A DNA stretch of 11,766 nt from Calditrichia bacterium (GTDB lineage Bacteria; Calditrichota; Calditrichia; RBG-13-44-9): positions 1 through 11,766 of the forward strand of contig JARRQT010000093.1 in the NCBI GenBank assembly GCA_037381445.1, given 5' to 3'. The position numbers and the translations under genes are program-made. How positions within the stretch are numbered: the stretch's first letter is position 1; each line of letters begins with the position of its first letter. Of the stretch, positions 1 to 5,700 are shown in pieces. The notes beneath the pieces are model-generated. The model was not told the origin of the DNA. It worked only from the letters and a program-made list of their open reading frames with translations, and did not search any database.

Positions 1-163
1 TCAAATTCTGGTGGTAGGAGCCTTCCCGCACCATTTTGGCGCCACAATCAGGACACCTTTCTTGCTGACAGGGAAAGCCCCTTCGATGGGGAATCTTTGC
101 GCGACATTTGGGGCAAATACAGAAACCACCACTGCCCAGCCCATACCTTTGGTTGGATTGCAT
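1..163 (-). CDS. Small Cys-rich zinc-ribbon/ferredoxin-like protein (3' end runs off the window; not in the ORF track)
   Basis: Manual translation from ATG at 163 gives MQSNQRYGLGSGGFCICPKCRAKIPHRRGFPCQQERCPDCGAKMVREGSYHQNL... with CxCPxC, a further Cys and CPxC. Strong RBS AAGGAGGG at 168-175. Matches the small GxGGxCxCPxCG...PC...CPxCG proteins typical of DUF5320/NifX clusters. Confidence 0.85.
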   Translation of the reverse strand, partial: MQSNQRYGLGSGGFCICPKCRAKIPHRRGFPCQQERCPDCGAKMVREGSYHQNL

Positions 164-204
164 TTTTCCCTCCTTCACTTATATATTGACGAAGAATTTG
201 TAGC

Positions 205-556
205 TCACATCTTTTCCGGCAAATAAATCCGGACATAATAAATATAAACCCTTCGTGTTTCTTCACCGGTTAAAAGGGGCGTTAGCATTTCTTTCCAATC
301 CATTGTCTCCCAGGTATTCAATTCCCGGTGAGTCTCGAAGTAGCTTTGCGGAATCGGGTGGGTGCCGATGATCACCTTAAGATCGGATTGGGTCTCGATA
401 AATTGTCTGAAGTATGTCAAATACGGGCATGGCCGGTATCCTGCAAGCAGGCCAATCGCCAAGCGGATAGCCTCGGCACCATTCTTTTTCATTCGTGCCG
501 GGCTAGGAGCGGTAACGATCGCAGATGATAATAACAATCTTAACGAATTCTTTCAT
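205..556 (-). pseudogene. CGGC-domain protein pseudogene (internal deletion with frameshift)
   Basis: ATG at 556 reads MKEFVKIVIIICDRYRS then TAG (503-505), the family N-terminus (K-I-G-I-I-I-C-D-R-Y). A different frame continues PARMKKNGAEAIRLAIGLLAGYRPCPYLTYFRQFIE...VIIGTHPIPQSY, the family C-terminal half. The central CAGGKC...CGGC segment is absent. Confidence 0.8.
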
Positions 557-561
557 TTTTC

Positions 562-593
562 AAACCCAGTCTGATCAAATCAGATTTGGGTTT
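562..593. other. Stem-loop between DUF5320 and the CGGC pseudogene
   Basis: AAACCCAGTCTGAT-CAA-ATCAGATTTGGGTTT is a near-perfect inverted repeat ending 5 nt upstream of the CGGC ATG on the minus strand. Confidence 0.5.
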
Positions 594-712
594 TCATCAT
601 AATTTCGGTTGTTTTTCACCCCTTACACCCAATGCAAGCTGCACAGAGCAGCATTTCAGGCCTTGTGAGTCAGCCGGTTCTCTGTCAAAAATAAAACCGC
701 GCCCTGCCGGAA

Positions 713-1048
713 CTATTCTTCACTTCCGCTTTCCGATTGGTCATTCGCCAATTTCTCAATATGCCGGTGCACCATACTCAACTCTTTTTCCAAATAAGTG
801 GCCTCTTGCTTCAATTCCTCCAATTCTTCCTCCGGTGCTAAGGAGCCATAGCCAAACGGTGACGACCACCAGCCGCGACCGGGAATACCGGTTGCCCAAA
901 AGCGGTGACGCCAGCCACGGCCGCGACCAAATCCGCCACCCCATCCCATACGGGGCCTGCCGACCCAATCGGACGACAGGCAATATCCTCGTCCCCCTCC
1001 GGTCATCGGACCACCACCACGCGGTCCTGTTCTGTCAAATCCAGGCAT
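713..1048 (-). CDS. DUF5320 family protein (Gly/Arg-rich N-terminus, C-terminal coiled coil)
   Basis: Signature MPGFDRTGPRGGGPMTGGGRGYC, then GRGRGWRHRFWATGIPG and heptad-like EEELEELKQEATYLEKEL. RBS AAGGAG upstream. Confidence 0.9.
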   Translation of the reverse strand: MPGFDRTGPRGGGPMTGGGRGYCLSSDWVGRPRMGWGGGFGRGRGWRHRFWATGIPGRGWWSSPFGYGSLAPEEELEELKQEATYLEKELSMVHRHIEKLANDQSESGSEE

Positions 1049-1168
1049 GATAAATTCTCCTTTTTGTTTTAGTGAACTTATTTCGGTAATTCCGAGAAGT
1101 TATTTTTTAAAAATATCTGCATTCGGTGACCTTGTCGCATTTGACTAACCTACCCTATCAATGGCTTT

Positions 1169-2086
1169 TTATTTTTCAAAAACTTGATCATCCCTTGCCC
1201 CTGAAATAAAATATCGTTCAATATTTGACCAGATATTTCTGATCTCCTTACACGCCAGGCTGTCGGGATACCGCGTTATTAAATGCCCATGCATAAGCGC
1301 GCGAACAACTTGTTCATCAAAGGGTATCTTTCCAAATACCGGAAACTGGTTTTGAGCCGCATATTGTGTTATTTCCCGTGCGATTTGTGGATTCAAATCG
1401 CATTTATTTATGACAATTGCCACAGGTATCTTAAATTGAAGCGCCACCTGGATCACTCGCTGCAAATCATGCACACCAGAAACTGTCGGCTCCGTGACAA
1501 CCAGTATCAAATCAGCTCCATTAAGACTGGCATTTACCGGACAACCAATTCCTGGAGGACCATCGATAATGTACCACTCGCGCTGTTTTGTTTTGACCTG
1601 GTTAAGAGCGGATTTTTTGACCTGGCTGACTAATTTGCCGGAATTTCCTTCGCCGGGCTGTAAATAGGCTCCGAAGAAATCACTATCATCAAATGCCCCC
1701 TTTTGGTAAAAACCCGAAACATGTTCGTTGAAATCTATTGCTTTTTCTGGACAGATTCGGACACAAAATCCGCACCCTTCACATGCAATAGTATCTACTT
1801 TAAAATTCTCTATGGCATCGAATCGGCAGTATTCTTCGCACAGTCCGCATTCGGAACACAACGCCTGATTTATATATGCTTTCTTCGCCCCGGTAAACGG
1901 ATTAACGTCAGTAATTTCAGGTTTTAACAGGATATGCAGATCTGCTGCATCCACATCGCAGTCCGCAACCAGCCTGTTCTCTGCAAGATCTGCCAGTGCT
2001 GCCGCCAGTGTTGTTTTCCCGGTGCCACCTTTACCGCTTATAATTACGATTTGTTTTGACCAGGTGGTCTGTTTTAGGTTGTTCAT
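1169..2086 (-). CDS. MinD-superfamily P-loop ATPase with inserted ferredoxin domain (COG1149), copy B
   Basis: Deviant Walker A SGKGGTGKTT, DCDVD, two CxxCxxCxxxC motifs (CSECGLCEEYC, CEGCGFCVRIC), PGEGNSGKLV, DGPPGIGCP, VTEPT and INKCD. Confidence 0.93.
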   Translation of the reverse strand: MNNLKQTTWSKQIVIISGKGGTGKTTLAAALADLAENRLVADCDVDAADLHILLKPEITDVNPFTGAKKAYINQALCSECGLCEEYCRFDAIENFKVDTIACEGCGFCVRICPEKAIDFNEHVSGFYQKGAFDDSDFFGAYLQPGEGNSGKLVSQVKKSALNQVKTKQREWYIIDGPPGIGCPVNASLNGADLILVVTEPTVSGVHDLQRVIQVALQFKIPVAIVINKCDLNPQIAREITQYAAQNQFPVFGKIPFDEQVVRALMHGHLITRYPDSLACKEIRNIWSNIERYFISGARDDQVFEK

Positions 2087-2122
2087 GCTGGTTCTTTAAA
2101 CACTTATCTTTAATCTAAGCAA

Positions 2123-3007
2123 TTAATTTTTATGTAATTGTGGACTTATAAAGTCGCTTTGTGTCCTTTTAAGGATCTGTGTCTCAATATTATGCAGCAG
2201 CTGATGAAATTGCGACTTTAGTTCCGGATAGTGTCTTACCTCTGCTTCCCCGCGCGAATAGGCTTCTGCCAGCTTGCGGTCGAACGGCAGCTTCATCAAA
2301 ATGGAAATCTGTTGTTCTTTGCAATATTTCTCAATTGTTGTGAATATTGCGTCCGCCTTGTTAATGACAACGCCAAATGGAATACCAACGATTCGCAGCA
2401 CTTCCACAGCCAGCTTGAGATCGTTTAATCCGAAGGGAGTTGGCTCGGTAACCAGAAGGCAATAATCCGCCTTCCTTATCGTTTCTACCATCGAGCAAGA
2501 GGTCCCCGGAGGGGCATCCAGGATATTGATACAATCGGGCTGAACCTTTGCTTTGACATGTGAAATCAACGGGCTTGCCATCATTTCTCCCAGATTTAGC
2601 CGTCCCTCCACAAAACCACAGCCTTCCGGGTAAATTTTCCCTTCCCGCAAAATACCTATTGGTTTTTCAGTTTCCTTTATGGCATTTTGGGGACAAAAAT
2701 AGGCACATGCACCGCAGCTATGGCACATTTCTTCAAACAATAGCACCTGTTTTGGCAGAACCGTTATCGCATTATATTCACATACCTTTGCACAATCTCC
2801 GCAAAAATTGCATCGATCATAACCAATCTCCGGTAACAATCGCCCAACAGTTTCCTCTTTCTCAATATCAGGATTCAGAAAGAGGTGTCCGTTTGGTTCT
2901 TCCACATCGCAATCCAGATAGTTTGCATTCTCTACCGAAAGCACCAGATTGACAGCAATAGTTGTTTTTCCTGTTCCGCCTTTCCCCGAGGCGACTGCAA
3001 TTTTCAT
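2123..3007 (-). CDS. MinD-superfamily P-loop ATPase with inserted ferredoxin domain (COG1149), copy A
   Basis: MKIAVASGKGGTGKTT, DCDVEEPNGHLF, CNFCGDCAKVC, CHSCGACAYFC, DAPPGTSC and VTEPTPFGLNDL. Start moved from 3049 to the ATG at 3007, which follows GAGGAGAGGG. Confidence 0.93.
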   Translation of the reverse strand: MKIAVASGKGGTGKTTIAVNLVLSVENANYLDCDVEEPNGHLFLNPDIEKEETVGRLLPEIGYDRCNFCGDCAKVCEYNAITVLPKQVLLFEEMCHSCGACAYFCPQNAIKETEKPIGILREGKIYPEGCGFVEGRLNLGEMMASPLISHVKAKVQPDCINILDAPPGTSCSMVETIRKADYCLLVTEPTPFGLNDLKLAVEVLRIVGIPFGVVINKADAIFTTIEKYCKEQQISILMKLPFDRKLAEAYSRGEAEVRHYPELKSQFHQLLHNIETQILKRTQSDFISPQLHKN

Positions 3008-3171
3008 CAACCCTCTCCTCATTTTATTGCCAGTTTTATAAAAGGCCACCAGATACGGGAATAAAACTCAGCGTTAAATTTAGACCATAGAATTGTAACA
3101 GACCTAATTTTGAGTATTACGGATCAATTTGACAACACACTCTCTTTAGTATTCTTAAATAGCCGTTCATT

Positions 3172-3561
3172 TCAATTATGGTGACAATCTCCCGATTGAT
3201 GTCCTGCGCACGGCTCAATGCCATTTAGTTCTCCCTGAAGGTAACAATATATAGCATCAACCAGTTTTTTGCCGGGAGAGCTTACCACTTCAATGCCCAT
3301 TGCATTAAAATTTGCAAGTGCCCGTCTTCCCATCCCTCCGGCAATAACCACATTTGCCCCCAATTCTTTGATATAACCGGGTAGTTCACAAACGCCACTA
3401 TGTGTGCCAACCAGCGGATTTTTATAACTTTCTTCGCTAATCACTTTTTTGTTTTCATCCACATCATACAGCATAAAATGAGAGCATCTTCCGAAATGGT
3501 CTGAGACCTGCATCTCTCCCTGCAATGAATCTGTGACAGTAATTGCTATTCTTTTCCACAT
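3172..3561 (-). CDS. NifB/NifX family (FeMo-cofactor-binding fold) protein with Cys/His-rich tail
   Basis: RIAIT...VSDHFGRCSHF...NP...VVIAGGMGRRA motifs and tail PCAGHQSGDCHHN. Probable start is the ATG at 3561 (MWKRIAIT, preceded by GAAAGG) rather than 3666. Confidence 0.88.
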   Translation of the reverse strand: MWKRIAITVTDSLQGEMQVSDHFGRCSHFMLYDVDENKKVISEESYKNPLVGTHSGVCELPGYIKELGANVVIAGGMGRRALANFNAMGIEVVSSPGKKLVDAIYCYLQGELNGIEPCAGHQSGDCHHN

Positions 3562-3771
3562 GGTTTGCTGACCTTTCTTTAAGTTAATAAATTGATTAAC
3601 TGCAATTATTTCTTTATGCAATAAGTTTTTCATCAGATTTTTGCCAGTATTATTTTGATTGCTCATCTTTTAATTTAATTTGTCCGGCTGAATTTGCCCA
3701 AGCCAGGTTACCCTTGCCCATTCGCGTTCTTTCAGTTTGGACTCACCAATATTTTGCATTCCATCTACATT

Positions 3772-4116
3772 TCAATCTTCCACCTTTTCGAGCTTATTCA
3801 GCTCCTGATTTTTCCAGGCAGAAATCACTTCCCCGACTGTCCCCTCTGCACCATCGAATACCTGCACACCAGCTGCATCCAATACCCGGAAGGCGTTGGG
3901 TCCGCACCTGCCTGTGATGACAGCCTGAGCTCCATTTTTGACCACCCATTGGGCAGATTGAATTCCGGCGGCCCCGCCGGCATCCGCATTCTGATTTGGG
4001 AACGCTTCAAAATCTAATGTGCCCGGATCTGTCAACAAAAAATACGCTGCCCGTCCAAAACGCGGATCGACGGCGGCATTCAAATTTCCATCAATGGCTG
4101 AAATTACAATTTTCAT
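3772..4116 (-). CDS. NifB/NifX family (FeMo-cofactor-binding fold) protein
   Basis: MKIVISA...VDPRFGRAAYF...N...GGAAGIQSAQWV...AVITGRCGPNAFRVL motifs. Start moved to the ATG at 4116 behind GAGGGA. Confidence 0.9.
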   Translation of the reverse strand: MKIVISAIDGNLNAAVDPRFGRAAYFLLTDPGTLDFEAFPNQNADAGGAAGIQSAQWVVKNGAQAVITGRCGPNAFRVLDAAGVQVFDGAEGTVGEVISAWKNQELNKLEKVED

Positions 4117-4396
4117 GATTCCCTCAGTTTTTGTTTGTTCAAATAATTTTATCTCCATGTTCATCATTTAATACTTCCATAGACTTCTTTTGCTTTAACA
4201 ATCGGGATAAAACCCTTTCCTCGACATCCGGAATGATAGATGGAAAAATCCGATCTCACCTTCCCAATTTGACCTTAACAAAGATCCCAAATCACCTTAA
4301 ATTGGTATGTTTACAAACAAAGCCGCCTTTAAACAAAAGCAAATTTCAGAGCATTTAATTTTCATAAAAATCGGTTTTTGTTTGCCTTTCTCTTTT

Positions 4397-4419
4397 TATT
4401 GCTAATGACTACGCTTTGC
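4397..4419. promoter_or_regulatory. Second, weaker Fur-like operator
   Basis: GCTAATGACTACGCTTTGC (4401-4419) matches GATAATGATAATCATTATC at 11/19. TATTGCTAATGAC (4397-4409) is an exact reverse complement of 4782-4794 in the upstream box. Confidence 0.45.
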
Positions 4420-4420
4420 A

Positions 4421-4627
4421 TTAAAAAAGAATAATTTTACATACTATTATCTCCATTATGACATATTCCGCAAGATTGAATTCCATAGCACCTAACAGAA
4501 AGTTTTGCATTATTAGATATGCCCTCTCCATTTTTTTAGCCATTTCAGTTTCTTTATCCAAAAAGTTGTCGTAATCAATCAGCTTTCTCAATTGATGCGC
4601 AGAGATGCCGGTTTTGTGTCAATTCAT
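4421..4627 (-). pseudogene. Possible decayed small gene (weak DUF134-like resemblance)
   Basis: Strong RBS AAGGAGAG, then ATG AAT TGA, then 65 more sense codons in frame (HKTGISAHQLRKLIDYDNFLDKETEMAKKMERAYLIMQNFLLGAMEF...). KLIDYD...AKKM loosely recalls the DUF134 pattern RLxDyexlxQeeAAxxM. Confidence 0.3.
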
Positions 4628-4712
4628 AGGCTCTCCTTATTAGTTTAATACGGTTTCGTCTGTTCACTTGCTGGAATCCCTCAATTATTTCGTTAGTTTC
4701 TGGAATAGAAAG

Positions 4713-4757
4713 TCATAATTCTGGAACCATCTGCGGGCAATATTCGAGACCAACCAT
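4713..4757 (-). CDS. Possible 14-aa leader peptide MVGLEYCPQMVPEL
   Basis: First ATG (4757) after the predicted promoter, preceded by AATAAGGA. Stop TGA at 4713-4715. Confidence 0.25.
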   Translation of the reverse strand: MVGLEYCPQMVPEL

Positions 4758-4771
4758 AAGCCGTCCTTATT

Positions 4772-4790
4772 GACAATGAATGTCATTAGC
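4772..4790. promoter_or_regulatory. Fur-family box (9-1-9 inverted repeat)
   Basis: GACAATGAATGTCATTAGC matches the consensus GATAATGATAATCATTATC at 14/19. The palindrome extends to TATTG...CAATA (4768-4794) and covers the predicted transcription start. Confidence 0.65.
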
Positions 4791-4819
4791 AATATATAAA
4801 ATGGGAGTTCATTTTTCAA
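4791..4819 (-). promoter_or_regulatory. sigma70-type promoter for the NifX/COG1149 operon
   Basis: On the minus strand, TTGAAA (4819-4814), a 17-bp spacer and TATATT (4796-4791), with AT-rich sequence upstream. Confidence 0.6.
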
Positions 4820-4975
4820 GATTTTTCCAAATTATTTTATATAATCATTCTTTTAGTCCATCTAAGAAAATTGATAATCAATTGTTCTTTTATGAATTAG
4901 CTTTTCCTTTCATACAAGTCATTTTTCTTTCTAAAGAAATTATGATGGTTTAGATCAGTGAAGCTTTTTGGGGAC

Positions 4976-5167
4976 TAATCCGGGGTAGCAGCGCAAAGCC
5001 ATCCCGTATCCGCCCCGCCGGCCCTTTATCTGTCAATGTTGACGGAATAAGATGCGTGACCGGGTCCGGTCATGCTGCAGGCCGAGTCAATATCCGATCA
5101 CCTGCCATGGCCTGATGCCTTTATTTGTGATAAGGCAGGGATGAAAACAACCCTGGAATCCGGATTA
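4976..5167 (+). ncRNA. Candidate structured RNA (multi-branch), family unknown
   Basis: GC-richer island with several nested or consecutive inverted repeats. G-U pairs form only on the + strand (details in findings). Confidence 0.35.
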
Positions 5168-5197
5168 TTTGCCGCTTTTTGCATTGGGCGTCGAATA

Positions 5198-5578
5198 ATG
5201 AAACAAAGGATGCTGTAAAAGCCCCTCATCCTCCCCACACTCGAAGCAAAGCCTTATTCATATCTAAAACCATGCCGAATGACAGACACCTTTAAAATCC
5301 GCATACATCGGGTATAAGACTATTGCCGATCATTTACCATCCTTCGCAACATCTATTCAGATCGCAGTTATTAAAAACGTTATTTCCTCGCCTGCCGGGC
5401 GGATTTCGTGGTGTGCAATTTCGAAGGCTATCCGGAGTTTGCAGTGGAGTACAATGGCTGTTACCATGAAGGTGGCCAGCAGACGGGGCGTAATGAGTTT
5501 AAGCGCATGGTATTGAATGAAGTCGGGTTGCCGCTAAGCGTGATGGGACGGCTGAATATACTGGATACAAATGGTTAG
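5198..5578 (+). pseudogene. DUF2726-like (PD-(D/E)XK/Vsr-type nuclease fold) pseudogene
   Basis: One frame reads MKQRML*KPLILPTLEAKPYSYLK...RV*...SY*KRYFLACRADFVVCNFEGYPEFAVEYNGCYHEGGQQTGRNEFKRMVLNEVGLPL...*. This follows the DUF2726 pattern DFvv...p..aiE.DG..H....q..rD..K..il...Glp and contains three in-frame TAA stops. Confidence 0.7.
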
Positions 5579-5700
5579 TGATAATCATCAAAAAGATCTG
5601 CGATACCTATGCCTGCTCTGCCGGGTTGGGCAATTTTAAAAAATTAATAATTATTTTTATGCAAAAACCGGCTTCAAAAGATTGGAAAATTGAACGATAT

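Noticed and set aside
11..266. ORFs 11..226 (+) and 48..266 (-)
   Set aside because: They are shadows of the real Cys-rich gene at 1..163 (-), which has the RBS and family motif.
328..4017. Plus-strand and nested alternative-frame ORFs over the operon (e.g. 586..1050, 1283..1633, 2560..2952, 3694..4017)
   Set aside because: They are antisense or out-of-frame to well-supported genes and have no recognisable motifs.
1169..4116. Nitrogen-fixation (nif) gene calls, or minD/cobQ symbols
   Set aside because: No nifHDK/ENB in the window. NifX-fold and COG1149 proteins are common in non-diazotrophs, so no gene symbol is justified.
3670..4757. Alternative genetic code (TGA as sense) suggested by three TGA-interrupted frames
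   Set aside because: TGA ends genes at their expected family termini (3172, 8592), and Trp and Gly use standard codons throughout.
4397..4794. 13-bp inverted repeats as IS/MITE ends or an invertible promoter switch
   Set aside because: No transposase or recombinase nearby and no target-site duplication seen. Both copies are better explained as half-sites of a Fur-like operator.
4770..4798. Plus-strand promoter TTGACA-17-TATATA
   Set aside because: The TTGACA is part of the palindromic operator and the -10 lacks the conserved final T. It cannot be excluded but is not supported.
4985..5010. c-di-GMP-I riboswitch suggested by GCAAAGCCA, and retron msr-msd suggested by the flanking inverted repeats
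   Set aside because: The P1 stem with GNRA loop and the P2 receptor are not evident, and no reverse transcriptase is nearby.
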